Shown here: positions 1-7,192 of the stretch, one piece after another
How positions within the stretch are numbered: the stretch's first letter is position 1
How the letters are laid out: each line of letters begins with the position of its first letter
DNA from: Selenobaculum gibii
GTDB taxonomy: Bacteria > Bacillota > Negativicutes > ICN-92133
Reading direction: 5' to 3'
Length of the DNA: 32,000 nt
NCBI RefSeq assembly: GCF_030273445.1
Contig: NZ_CP120678.1
Location: 320,401-352,400 of the forward strand
Made by a program: the position numbers and the translations under genes
The notes under the pieces: model-generated
Databases searched by the model: none
Seen by the model: only the letters and a program-made list of their open reading frames with translations
Told to the model about the DNA's origin: nothing

Positions 1-197
1 TTGAAGCGATGTTTTTGAATTTAATGTATACAAAAATGCGTGAGACTGTTCCTAAAAATACTTTATTTGGCGATTCGAATGAAGAGCAAATTCTGCAGTC
101 AATGCTGGATACAGAATTGACAAAAAAAATGGCGGATGCCGGGGGCATGGGATTAGCTGATATGTTGTATCGACAATTATCATTATCGAAAAAATAA
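1..197 (+). CDS. flgJ: Flagellar rod-binding protein (FlgJ N-terminal-type domain only), 5' end cut by window edge
   Basis: The frame is open from the window edge, in phase with ORF 9..197. EAMFLNLMYTKMRETV...LFG...MLDTELTKKMADAGGMGLADMLYRQL fits the Rod_binding/FlgJ N-domain pattern. The protein stops with no muramidase domain, and a hairpin terminator follows. Confidence 0.75.
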   Translation, partial: EAMFLNLMYTKMRETVPKNTLFGDSNEEQILQSMLDTELTKKMADAGGMGLADMLYRQLSLSKK

Positions 198-202
198 TAG
201 TT

Positions 203-229
203 GCCAGGCTCCGAGTAGCCTGGCTTTTC
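203..229 (+). terminator. Rho-independent terminator after flgJ-like gene
   Basis: GCCAGGCT (203-210) and AGCCTGGC (217-224) form a perfect 8-bp stem with a 6-nt loop, followed by TTTT. Confidence 0.75.
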
Positions 230-255
230 TAATATAGTATAGGAAGTGTGGTTAA

Positions 256-1659
256 ATGAAGCGGTTTAATAAATATAGTGCTGTAATATTCCTTGTATTA
301 GTCATGTTTATGCAAGTTGTTTTTGCAGCCCCGGCTAGTTCGGTAACGAATATTCGTTTTAGTCAAAAAGCTGAGGCTGTTCGTATTGTGTTTGATGTTG
401 ATTCAGTTCCTTCTTATGAAGTGAAACAAGAGGTAAATGGCACAAAAATTATTTTGAATATGCCAAATACAATGAATAAAGCGAATTTAACATCTTTACC
501 AATTAAAGATACGGCTATAAAGAGTATTGATTTTGCAATGGATGCAAAAAACAATTTCAGTACGATTATCACATTGAATAGAAATGCAGTTTACAAAGTT
601 AATACACTAAAAAATCCTAATAGAGTCTATATTGATATTATCAAAAATTATGATCAAAAGATTGTAGACCAAATTGCGCCAGGATTTCAGCATATAACGC
701 TAATGCGAGGAAATGAAAAAGGGATGATTACTGCGCATGTGTTAGATATAGATTTGAAAAAGGGATACCAGATAAAACCTGCGTTAGCGAACGGGGTGAT
801 TGCAGGGCGGCAGACGGTTAGTGGTATTGCGAAAGACAATAATGCGATTGCGGCGATAAATGCTTCCTATTTTGCTTTAAATGGTGAAATACTTGGCTTG
901 ACCAAAATAGATTCAACGATTGTTAGTACAGCCGGATTGGCGCGTAGTGCATTAGGAATTGCGGAAGATGGAACCCCTTTTATTGGGACTGTTGATTATC
1001 AAGGTTTGGTAAAATTGCGTGACGGTGAAACTTTACCGATTTCAGGTGTGAATTCTGAACGTGGTGAAAATGGAGCAGTACTCTATAACCAATATTATGA
1101 TAAAACCACGAAGACGAATATTTATGGCAGGGAATATGTAATTAAAGATAATGAAGTGATTGCAATTAATCCTAATAATTCCGCCTTGAAAAAAGGTGAA
1201 GTAGTTTTATCTGTTCATGGATCAAGTGCAGATAGGTTAGCCAATCTACAAGTTGGTCAGGATTGTGTCATTACAGAGGATTTGGGAGAGCCTTGGAATA
1301 AAGCGAAAGATATTCTGGGGGTTGGCCCATTGCTTGTACAAAATGGTAGTGTATATTTGACGACAAAAATAGAGCAGTTTGGTCCTGACGTTGCAAGTGG
1401 CAGGGCGCCTAGAACTGCTGTTGGGTTAACAAAAGATGGACATGTTTTACTAGCGGTTATCGACGGCAGGCAAAGCCATAGTATTGGATACACTTTATTA
1501 GAATTAGCTTTATTTATGCAGGAAATGGGTGCGGTAAGTGCTGTTAATTTTGATGGTGGTGGTTCAAGTGAAATGGTAATTGGTAAAGATATTATAAATT
1601 CTCCATCAGACGGTGGGGAACGAAAAGTTGGTTCTGCATTGGTGGTTTTAGGAAAATAG
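256..1659 (+). CDS. Secreted AMIN-domain / phosphodiester glycosidase (NAGPA, DUF2233-type) protein
   Basis: 467-aa ORF with signal peptide MKRFNKYSAVIFLVLVMFMQVVFA/AP. An AMIN-like segment follows (VTNIRFSQKAEAVRIVFDV...NRVYIDI). The C-terminal two-thirds carries the NAGPA-type pattern (AINASYF..., RAPRTAVGLTKDGHVLLAVIDGRQ, AVNFDGGGSS). Confidence 0.8.
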   Translation: MKRFNKYSAVIFLVLVMFMQVVFAAPASSVTNIRFSQKAEAVRIVFDVDSVPSYEVKQEVNGTKIILNMPNTMNKANLTSLPIKDTAIKSIDFAMDAKNNFSTIITLNRNAVYKVNTLKNPNRVYIDIIKNYDQKIVDQIAPGFQHITLMRGNEKGMITAHVLDIDLKKGYQIKPALANGVIAGRQTVSGIAKDNNAIAAINASYFALNGEILGLTKIDSTIVSTAGLARSALGIAEDGTPFIGTVDYQGLVKLRDGETLPISGVNSERGENGAVLYNQYYDKTTKTNIYGREYVIKDNEVIAINPNNSALKKGEVVLSVHGSSADRLANLQVGQDCVITEDLGEPWNKAKDILGVGPLLVQNGSVYLTTKIEQFGPDVASGRAPRTAVGLTKDGHVLLAVIDGRQSHSIGYTLLELALFMQEMGAVSAVNFDGGGSSEMVIGKDIINSPSDGGERKVGSALVVLGK

Positions 1660-1668
1660 ACTAAATAC

Positions 1669-1696
1669 TTGCGATTACTTATAGTTAAGGTATAAT
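1669..1696 (+). promoter_or_regulatory. Candidate sigma-A-type promoter for the lipoyl-like/S55 gene pair
   Basis: TTGCGA (1669-1674), a 16-nt spacer, then consensus TATAAT (1691-1696), about 40 nt upstream of ATG 1735. Confidence 0.5.
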
Positions 1697-1734
1697 GGAA
1701 ATATAGACGGAATCTTTAGAAAGAGGTGTTTCGT

Positions 1735-2034
1735 ATGCTTCATAAGAAAAGTATATTACTCATAATATTTAGCTTATTATTTGTATTTGGTGTTTGGACG
1801 GTTGCTGCTGGATCTTTAGTAAATCAGCAAGCAGTTTTGTCAGGAGAAGTTGTTAGTGCTGTAGCTGTTGGAGAGCATGTAGTAGAAGGAAGTGAACTGG
1901 TAAGAGTAAAAACTCTTGCAGGATCAAATACTGCTGCTCGTTCGAATACAAGTGGAATTGTTCGAGAGGTTTTAGTAACTCCAGGTAATAAAATTAATAG
2001 TGGTGATGTAGTGGTTCGTATTGAGGCACAATAA
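1735..2034 (+). CDS. Small membrane-anchored protein with biotinyl/lipoyl-like (barrel-sandwich hybrid) domain
   Basis: The ORF-track start (GTG 1726) lies inside the RBS AAGAGG (1721-1726); ATG 1735 is 8 nt downstream of it. There is an N-terminal hydrophobic anchor (ILLIIFSLLFVFGVWTVAAG). GEHVVEGSELVRVK...SGIVREVLVTPGNKINSGDVVVRIE resembles lipoyl/HlyD-type hybrid barrels, but no modifiable MKM/AMKM lysine motif is present. The 3' end abuts or overlaps the next gene. Confidence 0.65.
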   Translation: MLHKKSILLIIFSLLFVFGVWTVAAGSLVNQQAVLSGEVVSAVAVGEHVVEGSELVRVKTLAGSNTAARSNTSGIVREVLVTPGNKINSGDVVVRIEAQ

Positions 2035-2041
2035 TGAGAGG

Positions 2042-3955
2042 ATGAATAGGTTGGTACAATTTTTAAAAAATATGGTATGGGCAATTTTATTGCTTATATA
2101 TATGCCCATCGCTTGTGTACAAGCATCCCCAGAGATTATGACGGTTGATCAATTGCAGCCGGGTATGCATGGAGTTGCAAAGACAGTGATTAGAGGAACT
2201 GCTGTAGAAAGTTTTGCTGTAGAGATTATTGGAGTATTACGCGATGGTGCGCCAGAAGGTATGATTTTAGGTCGTGTATCAGGTGATGTGATCAATCAGA
2301 CTGCTGGTGTATTACAAGGAATGAGTGGGAGTCCAGTATATATTGATGGAAAACTAGTTGGAGCAATTTCTGGCGGTTGGCCGAGTATTGATGCAAGAGT
2401 TTGTGCAATTACGCCAATTGCGGAAATGCTAAAAATATGGGATATGCCAGATGATAAAGGCGAGAAAAAGATTCATCAAGTAGAAGTGAATGCGCCTTTG
2501 GAAACTGCAAATGTAGAAAAGGATAAAGTTTCCGCACTGGAAAGCAAAGAGGAAAGTAAGGATTTATTTTTAGAAAAAGAAAAAGAAGTTGTTGAGGCAG
2601 TTAAGCAAGTAGACCCGGAAAAGGCTTCAACTATGTTAGTTGCTACAGGTTTTACTCCAGCGGCATTCTCGATGCTTGAGGAGAAGTTGGCACCTTTGGG
2701 AATGAAACCATACCAAGGAATTGGCTCGGCGAATGATTCGTATGCTCCAATTCAATTAGAACCGGGAAGTGCTTTGGGTGTTGCGCTGGTTCGAGGCGAT
2801 TTTAGTTTGGCTGCTACTGGCACAGTTACTGCAATTGAGGGAAATAAGCTTGTTGCTTTTGGACATCCTTTTTATCGTCGCGGTAATGTAAATTATTTTT
2901 TAACGGATGCAGTTGTATTGACATCAGAGCATGGATTAAATGGTGGTTTTAAATTCGGGCAGACAGGAAATTTAATCGGTGTAATTAATCAGGATCGTAC
3001 TGCGGGAATTGGTGGCGTCATTGGCAAATACCCTAGCGTAATTCCGATGCAGATTACGGTAAAAGATAAACAATTAAATAAAGATAGTGTTTATAACCTT
3101 CAACTGGCATATGATGAGGAGCTTACTGCGCCATTAGCCGCGTCTATGGTGTATAATGCAATTGATAAAACGATGGATCGTATAGGCGAAAGCACGGCAA
3201 AAATTGATTTTGAAATACAAGCAAATTCGGTTCCGGGTGGAGTTATTAAGCGTGATAATATGTATTATAGTATGCAAGACTCTGGACAGTTAGCCGTTGG
3301 GGAGCTGTTTCAAGCGTTGAATATGTTAAGCACAAATACGTTCCATGAAATTGATATTTTTAGTGTAAAAGCAAATGTTGAAATTGATCAAACGCGTCGT
3401 ACGGCATCTATTATTAGTGCTATACCGAAAAAGACAGCGGTTAAGCCAGGTGAGACTGTAGATATAGCAGTGAAATTGAAGCCTTATCGTTCAGAGGAAG
3501 TCACTGTGAATGTTCCTTATACTGTTCCTGCAAAACAACCGAAAGGAACAATGATGCTTGAGGTGCGTGGGGGCGGATTGATTTCGCTGGCGCAGCTTAT
3601 GATGAAACAGCAGGGAATTGACCTCAGCGCAGAAGAAGACAAAACGAGACCTTTAGAAGAAGATATTAAAAAATTCTTGGAAGCAAATAAAAATAATGAA
3701 ATTGTTGTGGCCCCTGGCGTTATGAATCCAAATTTACCAAATCAAAATAAGCCAATCCAAGAACCTCAACAAGTCCAAGAGCCAATAAATCCAGTAGTCC
3801 CGGAGGAAAGTTCTAAGACAGAAGATGTTTCGGAAAGAAAAATGGGGACGATTGGAGATGAAAAATTAGAAGAAGAGAATGTGCAATCTAAGAACAGGAA
3901 AACCGTTGATTATATTATTGATAACATTCAAAGGATTTCGCTAAAAGTAGAATAA
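2042..3955 (+). CDS. Secreted peptidase S55 (SpoIVB-family) domain protein, long non-sporulation-type architecture
   Basis: Serine motif GMSGSPVYIDGKLVGAIS is preceded by FAVEIIGVL. The signal peptide runs from ATG 2042 (MNRLVQFLKNMVWAILLLIYMPIACVQA/SP). An E/K-rich insert lies at about nt 2441-2630, and the C-terminal tail is P/Q/E-rich. No PDZ-like segment was recognised. The start is uncertain (TTG 2021 or ATG 2042). Confidence 0.75.
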   Translation: MNRLVQFLKNMVWAILLLIYMPIACVQASPEIMTVDQLQPGMHGVAKTVIRGTAVESFAVEIIGVLRDGAPEGMILGRVSGDVINQTAGVLQGMSGSPVYIDGKLVGAISGGWPSIDARVCAITPIAEMLKIWDMPDDKGEKKIHQVEVNAPLETANVEKDKVSALESKEESKDLFLEKEKEVVEAVKQVDPEKASTMLVATGFTPAAFSMLEEKLAPLGMKPYQGIGSANDSYAPIQLEPGSALGVALVRGDFSLAATGTVTAIEGNKLVAFGHPFYRRGNVNYFLTDAVVLTSEHGLNGGFKFGQTGNLIGVINQDRTAGIGGVIGKYPSVIPMQITVKDKQLNKDSVYNLQLAYDEELTAPLAASMVYNAIDKTMDRIGESTAKIDFEIQANSVPGGVIKRDNMYYSMQDSGQLAVGELFQALNMLSTNTFHEIDIFSVKANVEIDQTRRTASIISAIPKKTAVKPGETVDIAVKLKPYRSEEVTVNVPYTVPAKQPKGTMMLEVRGGGLISLAQLMMKQQGIDLSAEEDKTRPLEEDIKKFLEANKNNEIVVAPGVMNPNLPNQNKPIQEPQQVQEPINPVVPEESSKTEDVSERKMGTIGDEKLEEENVQSKNRKTVDYIIDNIQRISLKVE

Positions 3956-3964
3956 TAAAGCCAA

Positions 3965-3999
3965 ACCGAAGAATAAATAAACATTCTTCGGTTTTTTTT
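3965..3999 (+). terminator. Rho-independent terminator after S55 peptidase gene
   Basis: ACCGAAGAAT (3965-3974) and ATTCTTCGGT (3983-3992) form a perfect 10-bp stem with an 8-nt loop, followed by a T8 run. Confidence 0.9.
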
Positions 4000-4087
4000 G
4001 CCAAAAATTAATATTTTTTTTATTAAAATGCCAAAAAAATATTTTGCTTAGCAGGGATATGATAAAAAAAATTGAATTAAATATAGG

Positions 4088-4115
4088 ATAATAGTAAATA
4101 GTAGTTTACTATTAT
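4088..4115. promoter_or_regulatory. 11-bp perfect inverted repeat (candidate operator) just upstream of the putative mlaE promoter
   Basis: ATAATAGTAAA (4088-4098), a 6-nt spacer, then TTTACTATTAT (4105-4115). It ends 5 nt before the candidate -35 element. Confidence 0.4.
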
Positions 4116-4120
4116 TATTT

Positions 4121-4149
4121 TTGTTCTGTAATTCGTCAGCTGTTATAAA
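4121..4149 (+). promoter_or_regulatory. Candidate extended -10 promoter for mlaEFD
   Basis: TTGTTC (4121-4126), a 17-nt spacer, then TGtTATAAA (TG at 4141-4142, hexamer 4144-4149). The predicted transcription start would fall at the foot of the 4155-4190 stem-loop. Confidence 0.45.
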
Positions 4150-4154
4150 CAAGG

Positions 4155-4190
4155 CTGTTTCAGTGGAAATTTTAACTTCCGCTGAAACAG
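4155..4190 (+). other. 14-bp stem-loop at the predicted 5' end of the mlaE leader
   Basis: CTGTTTCAGTGGAA (4155-4168) pairs with TTCCGCTGAAACAG (4177-4190): 13 Watson-Crick pairs plus one G-U, with an 8-nt loop. No T-run follows, so it is not a terminator. Confidence 0.5.
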
Positions 4191-4284
4191 ATACGTAATC
4201 CGAGACTTACGAGGTCTTTGCTTTCGCTTGAAGAAGGTAGATCACGTTCGCTAGCGGATAAATGAAATAAGAGAGCGGGGATAG

Positions 4285-5058
4285 ATGGTGATAGCCTTTC
4301 TGGAAAGGATTGGACGAGAGGTTTTAAAATTTATTGAAGGCTTTGGTTCTGTACTAATGCTTGGTTATGAAACGATATGTCAATTTAAGAAGCCTCCGAA
4401 ATTTAAACATGTTTTAGAGCAAATGGCGCATTTGGGAGTAGATACATTACCGATTGTTACATTAACGATTCTGTTTACAGGAATGGTAATTACGCTCCAA
4501 ACAGCAACGGAATTTATTAAATTTGGTGCACAATCTACGGTAGGTGGAATTGTTGCAATTGCGATGGGGCGTGAATTAGCGCCTGTTTTAACAGGTGTAG
4601 TTGCGGCTGGGCGCGTTGGTGCAGCAATTACTGCAGAAATCAGCTCAATGAAAGTGACGGAGCAGATTGATGCATTAAGAGTAATGGCAACAAATCCTAT
4701 AGCCTATTTGGTCGTTCCTAGGCTTTTGGCTTGTATGATCATGATTCCGTTATTGACTATTTTCGCTAATGTAATTGGTAGTTTTGGTGGCTATCTTGTA
4801 GCAACTTTATATGCGGGAATCAACTCAATAACGTATACCCAATCCATACAAAACTTCACTGTTCCTTATGATATTACTGGTGGATTGATTAAGTCGGTAT
4901 TTTTTGGCGCTGTAATTGCAATTATTGGATGTTACAAAGGGTTGAATGCACCAAATGGAGCTGTTGGTGTTGGTAAAGCTACGACTGGGTCGGTTGTGGG
5001 TTCAATTATTACAATCTTTATTTCCAATTGTTTTTTATCATTGATTTTATATCGTTAG
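4285..5058 (+). CDS. mlaE: Mla/MCE-type ABC transporter permease MlaE (YrbE family)
   Basis: 257-aa polytopic membrane protein. LGVDTLPIVTLTILFTGMVITLQTA...GRELAPVLTGVVAAGRVGAAITAEISSMKVTEQIDAL is the characteristic MlaE/YrbE core. An ATPase gene and an MCE-domain gene follow immediately. Confidence 0.92.
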   Translation: MVIAFLERIGREVLKFIEGFGSVLMLGYETICQFKKPPKFKHVLEQMAHLGVDTLPIVTLTILFTGMVITLQTATEFIKFGAQSTVGGIVAIAMGRELAPVLTGVVAAGRVGAAITAEISSMKVTEQIDALRVMATNPIAYLVVPRLLACMIMIPLLTIFANVIGSFGGYLVATLYAGINSITYTQSIQNFTVPYDITGGLIKSVFFGAVIAIIGCYKGLNAPNGAVGVGKATTGSVVGSIITIFISNCFLSLILYR

Positions 5059-5068
5059 GAGTAGTGAA

Positions 5069-5833
5069 ATGATTGAATTAAAGGGTGTAAATAAGAGCTT
5101 TCAACAGCGTAGAATTTTGAAAAATATTAATCTGGAAATTACAAAGGGGGAAACTCTGGCAATTATTGGTGCTAGTGGCTCTGGAAAAAGTACGTTGTTG
5201 CGTTTGATTATTGGCTTATTAAAACCAGATAATGGAGAGATCTGGATTAAAAATAAGGAGATTAGTAATCTTTCAGAAAAAGAATTGAATGAAGTTCGTT
5301 TGAATATGGGAATGGTCTTTCAATATTCAGCGCTATTTGATTCTATGACAATAGGAGATAACGTTGCCTTTGGACTGAGGGAGCATACAACCTTGTCTGA
5401 AGCGGAAATCAAGGAGATTGTACAAGAAAATTTGCGAATGGTTGATTTAGAAGGTTTTGAAAATATGATGCCAAATGAGTTGTCGGGTGGAATGAAAAAA
5501 CGTGTTAGTCTAGCTAGAGCTATCGCATTTAAACCAGAAATTTTGCTTTATGATGAACCTAGCGCGGGATTGGATCCGATGATGAGTGCGAAAATTGATG
5601 AATTGATTTACCATATGCAGCAAAAATTAGGTGTTACTTCAATTGTTGTTACGCATCACATGAATAGTGCTTTTGCAATTGCCGATCGAATTGCGATGAT
5701 TCATGAAGGAGAAATTATTGCAATTGGAGATGTTGAAATGATACAAAATCTAGAAAATCCCATTGTACAAAATTTTATTCATGGATCGAAACGATTTACA
5801 GGAGGTGATAGAGGAAATGACAACAGAAGCTAA
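5069..5833 (+). CDS. mlaF: Mla ABC transporter ATP-binding protein MlaF
   Basis: Walker A GASGSGKST, signature LSGGMKKRVSLARA, Walker B LLYDEPSAGLD. It sits between mlaE and mlaD. Confidence 0.9.
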   Translation: MIELKGVNKSFQQRRILKNINLEITKGETLAIIGASGSGKSTLLRLIIGLLKPDNGEIWIKNKEISNLSEKELNEVRLNMGMVFQYSALFDSMTIGDNVAFGLREHTTLSEAEIKEIVQENLRMVDLEGFENMMPNELSGGMKKRVSLARAIAFKPEILLYDEPSAGLDPMMSAKIDELIYHMQQKLGVTSIVVTHHMNSAFAIADRIAMIHEGEIIAIGDVEMIQNLENPIVQNFIHGSKRFTGGDRGNDNRS

Positions 5834-7088
5834 AGTAGGTTCTTTTTCGCTAGGCGCATTAGCTGTATTAGTTTTTATTATTGTTCATTTAAGTGGTGCC
5901 AGCTGGGAAGAAAAGGGCTATAATATAGAAGCTGTTTTTGCTCATGTAGATGGATTAAAAGCTGGGAATATGGTTCGTTATGCCGGAGTTGAAGTTGGAA
6001 AAATTACTGGAGTGGAGCCTGTCATTGATGGAGCAAAAGCTCATTTAATGATTAATAAAAACGTGAAGATTCCTCACGGATCTATTTTCGTTGTTAGTAC
6101 AGATGGCTTCATGGGAGAAAAGTTTATTAGCATTTTACCGAATAGTGAGGCGGAAAATTTTTTGAAGCCCAATGACGTTGTAGAAGGGAAATCACAAAAA
6201 AGTTTAGACGATTTAATTGCTAGAGCTGATCTTGTTATGGCGGATATGGAAACGCTATTGTCCTCGCTTAACACAATTTTTGGTGATGAAAGAGTGCAGC
6301 AGTCATTTATTGAATCTGCAATTAATATCAAGGAATTAACGGCTAATTTGAATAAGATGAGTCTTGTTTTAGCTAGGATGGCGGTTGATAATGAAGGAGA
6401 TATTCGCGTGATGGTCAATAATTTGAAATTGATGAGTGCGAATATGTTAAATGCCTCTGCAAGAGTAGATGCCATGATTACCGATTTCGATAACAATGGA
6501 CAAACTACTGCTGACTTAAAGGAAGCGATTGCGAATTTGAATGTGACAAGTAAGCGGGTAGAGCATATGGCTGCTTCACTAGAAGGCGTAGTGACCGACC
6601 CTAAAACGGCAGAAAATATTAAAGTGACATTACAAAATGCTAGAAATGTTAGTGAAAAAGCTGATAAAATGATGACGCGGGTTTCAAATATTAAAACCGA
6701 GTTTGGGGCAGAGCTGCTTTATCATGGAGGTGAAAGACGTTATTTAAGCAATGCAGATTTTAAGATTTTTACAAATCCAAATAGCTTTCTTCTATTAGGG
6801 GTTAGTGATATTGGAGAAGAGAATAAAACAAACTTGCAAATTGGGTCAGGGAATGATAAATTTACAGGTAGAGTTGGTTTAATAGAAAGCAAAGCTGGTA
6901 TCGGAATCGATACAAAACTGGGGGAAGATGTTAAATTCTCTGTAGATGCATATGACCCGAATGACTTTCGTGTAAAACTAAGGGCTCAGTATGAATTTGC
7001 ACCCAATACTTTTTTAGTCAGTCAAACCGATAATATTAATAAAAGTGAAGAACGAGAAACGTTTGTCGGTTTGCGAAAAACTTTCTAA
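5817..7088 (+). CDS. mlaD: Long-form MlaD: TM anchor + MCE domain + extended helical region + C-terminal beta-rich domain ending in Phe
   Basis: The start is reassigned to ATG 5817 (GGAGGTG at 5801-5807), overlapping the mlaF end by 17 nt. TM helix LGALAVLVFIIVHL; MCE core FAHVDGLKAGNMVRYAGVEVGKITGV...GSIFVVSTDGFMGEKFISI. About 180 aa of helical sequence follows. The last ~125 aa show alternating-polarity strands and end ...FVGLRKTF. Confidence 0.88.
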   Translation: MTTEAKVGSFSLGALAVLVFIIVHLSGASWEEKGYNIEAVFAHVDGLKAGNMVRYAGVEVGKITGVEPVIDGAKAHLMINKNVKIPHGSIFVVSTDGFMGEKFISILPNSEAENFLKPNDVVEGKSQKSLDDLIARADLVMADMETLLSSLNTIFGDERVQQSFIESAINIKELTANLNKMSLVLARMAVDNEGDIRVMVNNLKLMSANMLNASARVDAMITDFDNNGQTTADLKEAIANLNVTSKRVEHMAASLEGVVTDPKTAENIKVTLQNARNVSEKADKMMTRVSNIKTEFGAELLYHGGERRYLSNADFKIFTNPNSFLLLGVSDIGEENKTNLQIGSGNDKFTGRVGLIESKAGIGIDTKLGEDVKFSVDAYDPNDFRVKLRAQYEFAPNTFLVSQTDNINKSEERETFVGLRKTF

Positions 7089-7108
7089 GAAATTGGAAAT
7101 CTATTCGA

Positions 7109-7138
7109 TTGACAGAAAACTAAAAGAAATCATATAAT
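7109..7138 (+). promoter_or_regulatory. Near-consensus sigma-A promoter for tolC
   Basis: TTGACA (7109-7114), an 18-nt spacer, then TATAAT (7133-7138). Both hexamers are perfect consensus, about 55 nt upstream of the tolC start. Confidence 0.7.
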
Positions 7139-7192
7139 GGAAAACAGAACATGACTGAATAGTCAATGTTTAGTTTAAGGAGGAAAACTAGC

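Noticed and set aside
2042-3955. Calling this gene spoIVB and using it as evidence that the organism sporulates
   Set aside because: The architecture differs from sporulation SpoIVB. The serine motif is near the N-terminus, no PDZ-like segment is seen, and the protein is 637 aa with low-complexity inserts. Long S55 proteins occur in non-sporulating diderm bacteria, so no inference about sporulation is justified.
3956-4284. A known riboswitch or T-box in the long mlaE leader
   Set aside because: I could not recognise any conserved riboswitch core, specifier/T-box sequence, or terminator/antiterminator pair. Only a single 5' stem-loop is evident, so only generic leader structure is reported.
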